From the human T2T-CHM13v2.0 reference genome, Homo sapiens, in the NCBI RefSeq assembly GCF_009914755.1, contig NC_060925.1: a DNA stretch of 64,000 nt; one strand, 5' to 3'. Both the position numbers and the translations under genes were made by a program. Position 1 is the stretch's first letter; each line of letters starts with the position of its first letter. A model generated the notes under the pieces. The model saw only the letters and a list, made by a program, of their open reading frames with translations. It was not told where the DNA came from and made no database searches. This document shows positions 1 through 10,330 of the stretch, piece after piece.

Positions 1-1467
1 AAACTCGTCTAAAATTCATATAGAAGCAAAAAGAGCACAAATAGCCAAAGCAATCTTAAGCAAAAAAGAATATAACCAGAGGTACCACATTACCCAATTT
101 CAAACTACACTACAAGTCTACAGTAACCAAAACAGCATGGTATTGGTACAAAAATAGACACATAGACCAATGGAACAGCATGGAGACCACTGAAATAAAA
201 CCACATACCTACAACCAACTGACCTTGAACAAGGCTGGCAAAAATAAACAATGGGGAAAGGAAATCTTATTCAATAAATGGTGCTGGGGAAACTGGCTAA
301 CCATATGCAGAAGAATGAAACTGGACCCTTACCTCTCACCACATACAAAAATTAACTCAAGATGGATTAAAGACTTAAATGTTAAGACCTTAAACTATTA
401 AAATCCTGGAAGAAAACCTAGGAAATACTCTTCTAGACATGTTCTAGGCAAAGAATTTATGGTTAAGTCCTCAAACGCAATGCAACAAAAACGAAAACTG
501 ATATGGGACCTAATTAAACTAAAAAGCTTCCACGCAGTGAAAGAAACTAATAACAGAGTAAACAGACAATCTACAGAATGGGAGGCAATATTCACAAACT
601 ATGCATCTGACAAAGGGCTAATACCCAGAATCTATAAGGAACTCAAACAACTTAACAAGAAGAAAACAAATAACCCCATTAAAAAGTGGGCATAGAACAT
701 GAACAGACATTTCTCAAAAAGAAACACAAGTAGCCAACAAACATGCAAAAACTAATCATCAGAGAGATGTGAATCAAAACCACAAGAAATATCATCTCAC
801 ATCAGTCAGGATGACTATTATTTAAAAGTCAAAAAAATAACAGTTGTTGGCAAGGTTGGAGAGAAAAAGGAATGATTATATACTGTTGGTAGAATGCAAA
901 TTAGTTCAGCATTTTGGAGATTTCTCAAAGAACTAAAAATAGAATTGCCATTCAACCCATCAATCCCGTTACTGAGTATATACCCAAAGGAAAAGACACC
1001 TGCACTAGTATGTTTATCAAAGCACTATTCACATTAGCAAAGACATGGAATCTACCCAGGTACCTATCAATGGTGGGTTGGATAAAGAAAATGTAGTACA
1101 TATATGTCATATATGTCAATACTATGAAGCATAAAAAAGAACACTATCATGTCCTTTGCAGCAACATGGATGCACCTGGAGGCCATTATGCTAAGTGAAT
1201 TAATGTAGAAACAGAAAACCAAATACCAGAATTTCTCACTTATATGTGAGAGCTAAACACTGAGTACACACAGACAAAAAGATGGGAGTGGTAGACACTG
1301 GGGATTCCAAAAGGAGGGAGGGCAGGAGGGGCACCAGGGTTGAAAAGTTACCTAACAGGTACTATGTTCACTATTTGGGCAATGAGATCATTCGCAGCCC
1401 AAGCCTCAGCATCATGCAATATACCCATGTAACAAACCTGCACATGTATATCCTGAATCTAAAATAA
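1..1467 (+). mobile_element. Old LINE-1 3' portion (ORF2 C-terminus plus 3'UTR), L1PB/L1MA-type, decayed
   Basis: ORF fragments such as [29 protein letters not shown] and WDLIKLKSF match L1 ORF2p. It ends in the typical 3'UTR tail (catgtaacaaacctgcacatgta...aaaataa). It is cut by the window start. Confidence 0.9.
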
Positions 1468-1479
1468 TTTTTTTTTTTT

Positions 1480-2450
1480 ACAAAAAGGCCAAAGAAGGAT
1501 CCTTCAGATGGCCTCACTGTTTGAAACCAACGGGCTGGGTCTGCCTGTGGATCCCTTCCCCTGTGTCTGTACAATCCCTGAGGTGTTTACTCAGGTACAG
1601 CAGGAGGTGTTGGCAACAACCAAAGGCCACTCTGCTCTGCCAGCAGATGATCAGAGGCTGTTCAGGTGTTCATCACCAGCTTAGTTAATGCATTCAGTGA
1701 GTCTCACTGGTCCTAAATAGTCCAGGTGGTAGCATTAGTTGTCACTGACGTAGTCAATGACAAGTTGGGTACCATTTTTCCCAGGGCATGTACACCTATG
1801 CCAAGTAGGAGGACACAGACAGCAAAATGGAATCAGCTATCAGAATGCCTTCCTGGCAGAGTATGTCAGGCAACCTTGCAATGTCAGAAGCCCTTCCAGC
1901 TTACGGTGTCATTTTGCACAAACACTTGAGGACCCCAAATTCCAAAACAGCATGCTCTATCTAAGGGTGACAGGTATTCTGCAGTATATCCCACAAAGGA
2001 ATATACTAGCCAGGGGAGCACGTGTAACTCCGGTCAGGGAACTGTCACTATAAAAGTCTCTAGTTGAAGTGTACAAAGCCTGTGTCAGATTTAGCCATGA
2101 GTTACATGGCAAGGTAAACTGCATGATGAGCCTGCTTTCCCATACCATTGACCATGTTTAAAATCTGTCTGATTTTATGTCTATGTTCTAGGTAACCTGC
2201 ATTGAGGCCATCACTCTCCAATCAGAACCACCGATGGCTGTTGGGGCCCCATTCAAATTGGCAACAGGCCACAGATTGACTATTCCAGCATGGAGATGCC
2301 CTGAGTACATGGGTGGCTGATTCAGCAGTGTTTTAGATCACAGGGGAATTTCCAAATCTAAGACTGGAAGGAAAGCTCCTCCGCCCAGGGAAGAAGACAG
2401 AATTGTTACTGGGGCAACCCCTAAGAGTTTAGGGCAATCAAAATGCCCAA
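1480..2450 (-). mobile_element. Degraded endogenous retrovirus env fragment (TM subunit)
   Basis: Manual minus-strand translation of about 1560-1790 gives KMVPNLSLTT...DSLNALTKLVMNT*TASDHLLAEQSG(fs)VVANTSCCT*VNTSGIVQTQ. This matches the immunosuppressive domain and CX6CC region of gamma-type env, with stops and a frameshift. Outer boundaries are approximate. Confidence 0.7.
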
Positions 2451-3407
2451 TCCTCTTGCTCTATACATAGGGAGATTATCTTTGCCTAGAGGATTGCTCA
2501 CACCAGGAAAAAACTACCAGTCCTTCAGGCCCTGAGGTGTGCCAGGTAAAGTCCTGGGCAAGGAAAAGTGGCCCAAGAAAGAAGCTCATCTGGTACCTCC
2601 TCTCCCTACTCCTCACTCTGGACAGCAGAGACCCTATAGGGGATGAGGAGAAAGAGGCCAGGCAGGCAGGCGAGGAATGGCTGTCCCATCCACACCCAGG
2701 GTGGAAAACGGCTACAAGAGAGCACCTTCATGTTTTAATTAGGGTCTCTTTCTTGGAGACAGTAGAGATCTGATTCTACCTCTGCCACTTGCCAGATTCA
2801 TAAGCTTTGTCAAGTTTCTGAGTCTACTCATGTACAAAATGGAAATAGTAGTTACCTCTCTCATAGGGTTGTTATGAGAAATGAGATAAGTTACCACAAT
2901 GTCTTGAGCTAAAAAGCGAAATCATTAACAAAATAATTGGCCTGTGTCAAAATTTTTGTTTCAATTCATTAATGAGAGAACCAGTGAGGAAGACTTTTTT
3001 GAACTGGTTTGAAAGATATTAAGAATATGAAAGACAGTTAGAAAGTAATGTCTAAGATTCTTAATTTAGACACAAGACTAGATACAAGTCTTTTGACTTT
3101 TCATAGGGTGACAAAAACAAACCATAACAGTTTTGGGTTTAATGTCTTGACCAGCCTATAAAGCCATATTGCCCTATCCATCAGAGGTAAACTGTCTACA
3201 TCATCTGTTATGAATTGCTATCAAACATGCTTTGCCGATCACTTTTCTCAAAAGTGTCAGATGAGGTCTAGTAGCAAGGACCTTCTTTTTTTCAGACAGA
3301 CTCTAGCATGAGATCAAAAATATAAGCAATCATCAGTTTGCCTTTTTCCAGGTTTGAGATGATTTTTTTTCTTTCACACTGACACATAGCTGGAGCCCAG
3401 TAAGTGT

Positions 3408-3590
3408 TGGTAGCTTTCCCTCCCCTCTTCAGCCCATTTCAATTTAGACTGAATTCCCCCAGGCAGGAGGGCAGAAAATGGGCTGGGTTCTGGACCCAAT
3501 CAAAATTGTTCTGGTTCCCAAGTGGAGGGATAAACAGGAAAATCTTTTCCATTGGAATAAGGCCTTTTGCTCAGCCACTGTAGACCGACT
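3408..3590 (+). repeat. Local direct repeat, copy 1 (about 180 bp; copy 2 at about 5367-5549)
   Basis: gtagcttt..cccctcttcagcccattt..aatttagactgaattccc...cagccactgta is near-identical at both positions. Confidence 0.9.
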
Positions 3591-4219
3591 GCCCAAGTCC
3601 AGATTCTCTCCATGCCCTTTAAGACTTTTGTCACAACCACCAGGAACACACCTGAAGTCAGGACACTTGGGCGAAGAACTTGGAAGGAAAAGCAAGACTT
3701 CAAACAGGTCATCCTTATAGGACCCAGAAATCATAGTTGCCAGATCTGCTTCAATTGGTGAGCCAAGCACTCCTTTGTGGGCTCAAATGTTGCATGCGAT
3801 TTCCTGCTAAACTACTTATTTCTAAACTTCCCACTCCCTTGTTCTTCTTTTGCAGCTGGGGAAACAGGAAACAAAGTCATCTTGCTCTGGGCCACAAGTC
3901 CTGTCTGATTCTGCCCAGTCAGTGTGGTTTCGGTAATGGGCACGGTCTTGTTTGTAAATCATCATCTCCAAGCCTGCGTCCTCTGGGAAGCTTCCAAGGC
4001 CTGCCTCTCTCACTTCTCTTCTCCAGATGGCCAGTGACAGCTGGGCCACCTCCCCTGCCCAACTGTGCACTCAAGAATCAACTGTCGACCCAATTCTTCA
4101 CAACCAGTACCCATCACTTATGGTGAAACTCCAAAGGGCACCGTGGGCCACCTTCCTCTTCTGGTAGGCTCAGAAAAAGAAGACTTATTGGACTTCCAAG
4201 TAATGGCAGACAACTGAGA

Positions 4220-4345
4220 ATAGTAACTCTCCCCAAAAGAATCCATTGACAGCAAGTCCAATAGTGCACTTTCAAGGGGAATCAAAGGCGCTGGGATAGG
4301 TTGCCCCTCACCACCCTGACACACACACACACCCCACCACCACCA
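4220..4345 (+). repeat. Local direct repeat, copy 1 (about 125 bp; copy 2 at about 5221-5360)
   Basis: tagtaactc...attgacagcaagtccaa.agtgcactt.caaggggaatcaaa.gc.ctgggataggttgc occurs at both sites. Confidence 0.9.
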
Positions 4346-5549
4346 CTGCCACCACCAATGTGGATAGCTGAAAGGCAGAATCAGGGTACTCGCTCCTTTT
4401 TTGTACTCCTGTTACTATCTTTTCTCTTGTGAGTTCCCCTAAATGTTGAGTTGACCTGAGATGTGGCTTGGTGAACCCTGGAACCTTTCCCACCTTTTTT
4501 AGCCTGGGCCACATTCAGGTCAGCTGCTCACCTTTGCACTATATATTGGAGAAAACTATAGCAAGATCACTGTGGTGTCTCTCAGAGCTCCATAATCTCC
4601 GTTTCTGCAATGCGGAGTGTATTCCACACTCCTGACTTAAGCAGAAGCACTGGCTTGGGAGGATGGATAGATATCCTTCAGCAAAACTGAGAAGAAAGTA
4701 ATTTAATGCCTAGGCCTTCCTCCTTGCCCCAGCAGAAGCCCATCTCCACATTCTGATGACTAAATTTTCCCATCCCATCTTAGATGCCAATCTTAACTTT
4801 CAGCTGGCTGCCAACCATTTTCACTAATATGTTAGCTGATAACACATAAAATTGACTGGTAATTAAAAATATTGGTGAATAAGGGCTTAAACTATTACCT
4901 TTCCCTGCTCATTTATATTTTATATGATTAAGGCCTACTACAAGAAAAAGCCCAGTGACCTGAACTGAGTAATCTTCAGCACTGGAAACCAGTTAATCTG
5001 AGTGGCATTTTGCTAATGGTAGGAAAAGGGTTTGCTCCTCCTGAAATCCTAGGGAATTGGTTACCTCCTCTTCTCCTCTTGAGCATGAAGCATGTCTAGC
5101 TTCTCCAAAGAACCCCTCCCCTCCACTATCCCAGAGTTAGCTTCCTCTCTTCAGCCCATGATCCTGGGGTTCCAAGCACAGTAATTATCCCAGAGAGGGT
5201 GGAAGGCTCCCTGCTGTATTTAGTAACTCGCCCCGCAAAGAATCAATTGACAGCAAGTCCAACAGTGCACTTCCAAGGGGAATCAAAAGCACTGGGATAG
5301 GTTGCACTCCCGCCCTGACATACACACACACGTGCACAGACCCCACCATACCCCACCATAAGTACTGGTAGCTTTTTCTCCCCTCTTCAGCCCATTTGAA
5401 TTTAGACTGAATTCCCCTAGGCAGGAGGGCAGAAAATGGGCTGGGTTCTGGACCCAATCAAAATTGTTCTGGTTCCCTAGTGGAGGAATAAACAGGAAAA
5501 TATTTTCCATTGAAATAAGGTCTTTTGTTCAGCCACTGTATACTGTACT

Positions 5550-6265
5550 TAGGCAATGGCTGGGGCCCTTGTGCGGTGCAGAGGGACACCAAGCAGCTTC
5601 CATCTTCCAGGCCGGGGTGTATCCTTAGCTTCACAGAGCAGGAAAGCTGTGGAGGACTGTGGGCAGCAGGGTAGGAACTGATTTAGCCCTTGGCAACAAC
5701 ACACGTCCCCACAAAGCATACACCCACCCACCCACCCAGCACAACAATAGCAATAAAAATACTCCAATCTTTGGCCAGGTGTGGTGTGGATCACACCTGT
5801 AATCTCAGCACTTTGGGAGGCCAAGGTAGGAGGATCGCTTGAGTCCAGGAGTTTGAGACTAGCCTGGGCAACATAGCAAGTTTCCATCTCTACAAAAAAA
5901 TAATTTAAAAATTAGCCAAGGGCAGTGGCTCATGCCTGTAGTCCCAGCTACTAAAGAGGCTGAGGTGGGAGGATTACTTGAGCCCAGGTGTTCGAGGCTA
6001 CAGTGAGCCATGATCATGCCATTGTACTCTAGTCCACGTGACAGAGCAAGACCCTGTGTCTCAAAAAAAAAAAAAAAAAAAGAGAGAGAGACAGAGAGAA
6101 ATACTCTGCCATTTGTTACTAAAAACCAGTAAGCAGGACAAGTGTTCTTAACCTTTTTGAGGTGTTGGGCCTTTTCGAGACTCTGATGGAAGCCGTGGAG
6201 GAATGTTCTCAGTGCGTCACTCAAAATGATGCACACAACTTCAACCCAATTTCAGAGATGTATAG
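5550..6265 (-). repeat. Inverted copy of the S100A8 upstream region 8640-9025, interrupted by an Alu
   Basis: 5550-5720 is the reverse complement of about 8855-9025. 6110-6265 is the reverse complement of about 8640-8800. Confidence 0.85.
5773..6095 (+). mobile_element. Alu (AluJ-like)
   Basis: Dimeric Alu, ggccaggtgtggtg...ctgtaatctcagcactttgggagg..., with an A/GA-rich tail. Confidence 0.9.
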
Positions 6266-6799
6266 ACAGACAAGTTAAGAACCCTGGTTTAGTGATTCTG
6301 GTGACAGCTTCCTACCTTTTTACCCATCACTAACACCACTGCCCCAGCACCTAAGTGAGGACAACAGAAAATTCCCCACACCACAGCATGAAAATCCAGT
6401 TTGGGGTGACATTCTTGTCAAAAGGTTCCCCTTCATTTTCTTCTTTTTTTAATGTCCACCTCAGAGAAGAACCACTCGTCTTCTGGCCTTCCCCTTGTAC
6501 CAGCCCTTGGGAAGTATTTTTTAGATAATTTTCTGATCACCAAAGCATAGAATCCCATAGGGCAGCGTATGAATAACCTATTCTTTGACTTAAGTTTTAC
6601 TAATTTATTTTCCTATTTGCCTATTCCTTTATCATTTAATTGAGTTGGGAGTTTGGGAGTGGAGAGGGAGGAAAAATTTTCAAAATCCCCAAGGACAAAC
6701 TACAGGTATGTGGACAGGTGTGAGGATTATCCTGTTAATGGAGGACTCTGAACATTGTCCACCTACATCACACCACACACACAATCAGCCTCTCCCCCC

Positions 6800-6877
6800 T
6801 TCCCTCTCTTGCTCTCTTTCTGTCTGTCTCTCTCTCACACACACACACACAGACACACACACACACACCCACACACT
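6800..6877. repeat. (TC)n(CA)n microsatellite
   Basis: Visible dinucleotide runs just 3' of S100A8. Confidence 0.9.
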
Positions 6878-7270
6878 TCTATGTAGCTATCACTCTAATT
6901 TCCCAAGAGCCACATCTAAGACATTTAGCTGGAAGCTAAAATTTAGCTTAGAGAACAGTATCAGTTGTTCTTATACTACCACCCTGTTCCCAAATCCCCG
7001 ACCCATTTCAGAACCACTAGTAAAATCATCAGCTATAGTGTCATGGACTTTTTGGAATCCTTAAGCCTCAAATCCAATGGCTCAAGATGGAGGGGCTGGA
7101 AGGGAATGTGGGGCAGAGGCCAGGTGAGGGGTAAAGCAGGAAAGGCTTGTGAGAGGTAGGGTGGGATAACATAGATTTCTTTTTCTTCCTTTGGGTTTTC
7201 CAACCCTCCCTCCACACCGAGGAACCTCATTCCACAAAAGCATAAGAGAGAGGCATGAGGTATTGATGAC

Positions 7271-7276
7271 TTTATT
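7271..7276 (-). terminator. S100A8: S100A8 poly(A) signal AATAAA
   Basis: tttatt on the + strand, about 50 nt past the stop codon. Confidence 0.9.
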
Positions 7277-7326
7277 ATTCTGCAGGTACATGTCCAGGGG
7301 CCCAGCCTCTGGGCCCAGTAACTCAG

Positions 7327-7759
<433 letters not shown>

Positions 7760-8264
7760 GATGCCCACGGACTTGCCCCACCTGAAAAACAGAACCTTCT
7801 GGGGAATCCCATGGCAGGGAATTTGCATCTGGCCAGGGCAGTACGCAGAGGATTCATGCCCCAAGCGATGGCCTTGTCCTGGCCTGCACTCTCCAAATAA
7901 CCAAACCAGCAGATGGCTATGGCTCTGGTGGGAAGGGTGGGATGATAGGGATACACGTGTGGGAAGGGGAAGGGTCCATTCACACAGAGACATGTGCACA
8001 CACACGGGGCCCGTAGACTTTCCTTACCACCCCACCCTCTGCTCAAGAAAAGTCCAGCCTAGGAGACAATGTGCCCTTACCCACTGGAAGGTGCTGGAGG
8101 ATACTCTCCTTCCTTATCCCTGCCTCACTCCCCACCTCCAGGAGTATCTTTGCTCCAGACCTCCCTGAGCTTTCTCTCTCCTCTCTCAGGAAGGCTGCTC
8201 CACTTCCCTGACCCTCCCCAAGAGAAGCCCAAAGTGCGGGGCCAACCCAGACAGTCCCACTTAC

Positions 8265-8297
8265 CAGGTCTTCTGAAAGACAGCTGACAAGAGACAT
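8265..8297 (-). other. S100A8: S100A8 exon 1 (5'UTR)
   Basis: Donor CTG|GTAAGT at 8264. The canonical exon-2 acceptor ttttcag|G is at 7781. Confidence 0.9.
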
Positions 8298-8318
8298 GCA
8301 GGGCTGAGAGGCAGCTCC

Positions 8319-8620
8319 TTTTTATAGCGGTTAGGCTTGGCCAGCTGCCCACAGCTTCAGGCCATCAGAGACAGCTTCTCCCTGCCAGAGTTGCTACAGT
8401 CTCTGGTTTCTCAACCAGGTGAATGTGGCAATCACTGTGCAGAATGAAAATTTTGGGTGGGGAGGTAGGAGAAGCGGAAAGAGGAAGGCATTTGCTGGGC
8501 AATAGTGCCCAGAAGGAAAAAGCAGGTAGGGGGGCTCTTTTTCTGGGCTGCTGGCATCCACTTGCTTGATCCAGCCAGATTCCCACTCCCATGCCCTCTC
8601 CACTATTGCGATTGCTAATC
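8319..8620 (-). promoter_or_regulatory. S100A8: S100A8 proximal promoter: TATAAAAA (8319-8326), ETS/PU.1-like AAAGAGGAAG (about 8478-8487), C/EBP-like motifs
   Basis: The TATA box lies about 25-30 nt upstream of exon 1. The other motifs were seen by eye and are not validated. Confidence 0.75.
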
Positions 8621-8854
8621 CCCTGCATTGGTGGTCAGGCCATACATCCCTGAAACTGAATTGAAGTTGAATGCATCATTTTGAGTGCATGCACTCAGTG
8701 AGAACATTCCTCCATGGCTTCTGTCAGAGTTTCAAAGGGTCCAAAGACCGCAAAAGGGTTGAGAACACGTGTCCTGGCTGATGGCTTTTAGTCATGAGAA
8801 CTATTGTTCTCATTACTAAAAACTAAAACTATCGTTGTTGTTCTTTTGGGTGGG

Positions 8855-9050
8855 TGCTTTGTGGGGAAATGTGTTGTTGCCAAGGGCTATATCCATTCCT
8901 ACCCTGCTGCCCACACTCCTCCACAGCTTTCCTGTTCTGTGAAGCTGGGGATGGACCATGCCCTGGGAGATGGAGGCTGCTTGGGGTCCCTCGGCACTTC
9001 ACAAGGGCCTGAGCCATTGCATAAACACAGCAGGGAGCCTTTCACCCTCT
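8855..9050 (+). repeat. Triplicated module of about 200 bp, copy B
   Basis: tttgtgggga.atgtgttgttgcc.agggcta.atccattcctaccctgctgcccacactcctccacagct...gagccattgcataaaca is shared with 9845-10037 and, inverted, with 5550-5720. Confidence 0.9.
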
Positions 9051-9295
9051 CTTGGTTAATTATTGTGTCTGGGACCCCAGGATCACTGGCTGAAGAGAGG
9101 AAGCTAACTCTGAGGTAGTGGAGGGGAAGAGTTCTTTGGAGAAGCCAGACGCGCTTCATGCCTAAGAGGAGAAGAGGAGGTGGCCAATTCCCCAGGATTT
9201 CAGGAGGAACAAATCCTCTCCCCACCACTAACAAAATGCTACTCAGATTAACTGGCTTCCAACCTTGAAGACTGTGGTGTGTTTCTGTTGTTACA

Positions 9296-9844
9296 AAGAA
9301 AATATTTGTAAAACAAATATCTGATAAGGGATTAATATCCAGAATATAAAAGAATCCCTACAACTCAACAACAAAAAACAAACAAACCAATCAAAAATTG
9401 GGGAAAAGACTCAAATAGACACTTCTCCGAAGAAGATATACAAATGGTCAATAAGCATATGAAAATTACTAATCTTTAGGAAAACATGAAGCAAAACGAC
9501 AATGAGATACCACCTGACACCTACAAGGATGACTACTACTTCTTTTAAAACCCAGAAAACAAGTGTTGGTGAGGGCATAGAGAATTGGAAGCCTAATGCA
9601 CTGTTAGTGGGAATGTAAAATAGTGCAGCTGTTATGGAAAACGGCAAGTTTGTTCCTCAAATAAATAAACACAGAATTACCATATGATCCATCATTCTGC
9701 TCCTGGGTATATATGCAAAAGAATTGAATGCAGGGATTCAAACAGATGTTTGTACATTCATGTTCATAGCAGCATTATTTACAAGAGCCAAAAGGTGGAA
9801 GCAACCCAAGTGTCCCTCAACACATGAATGGATGAAGAAAATGT
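9296..9844 (+). mobile_element. Old L1M fragment (ORF2 end/3'UTR)
   Basis: atctgataaggg.ttaatatccagaatata...FIAALFTRAKRWKQPKCPSTHEWMKKM. Confidence 0.85.
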
Positions 9845-10037
9845 TTTGTGGGGACATGTGTTGTTGCCGAGGGCTAAATCCATTCCTACCCTGCTGCCCA
9901 CACTCCTCCACAGCTCTCCTGTTCTGTGAAGCTGGGGATCCACCGTGCCCTGGGAGATGGAGGCTGCTTGGGGTCCCTCTGCATTGCACAAGGGCATGAG
10001 CCATTGCATAAACATAGCAGGGAGTCTTTCACCCTCC
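9845..10037 (+). repeat. Triplicated module of about 200 bp, copy C
   Basis: Direct repeat of 8855-9050, abutting the truncated L1M. Confidence 0.9.
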
Positions 10038-10149
10038 AAAATAAATCCAGCTCTCTCTGGATGTGAGCCATTGGGGACCCAGCACAGTGCCCAGCACACA
10101 CAATAACAGCAGCCACAATCACTGATCAGAGCAAATCATGACAAAATAC

Positions 10150-10330
10150 TAGTTCACACTCACTGAGCTTTTCCCATGTCCGGGAACTATTCTAAGTGCT
10201 GCTTTATTTGCATTGATCATTTAATTCTCACACTAATCCAATGACGTATGTACTATTATAATGCCCATTGTACAGATGAGGAAACTAAGCCCCACAGAGA
10301 GACATAGTAATTCAGCGTATCAAATGATTG
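10150..10330. mobile_element. MIR fragment
   Basis: Contains the MIR core tcatttaattctcaca...atgcccattgtacagatgaggaaactaagccc. Confidence 0.7.
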
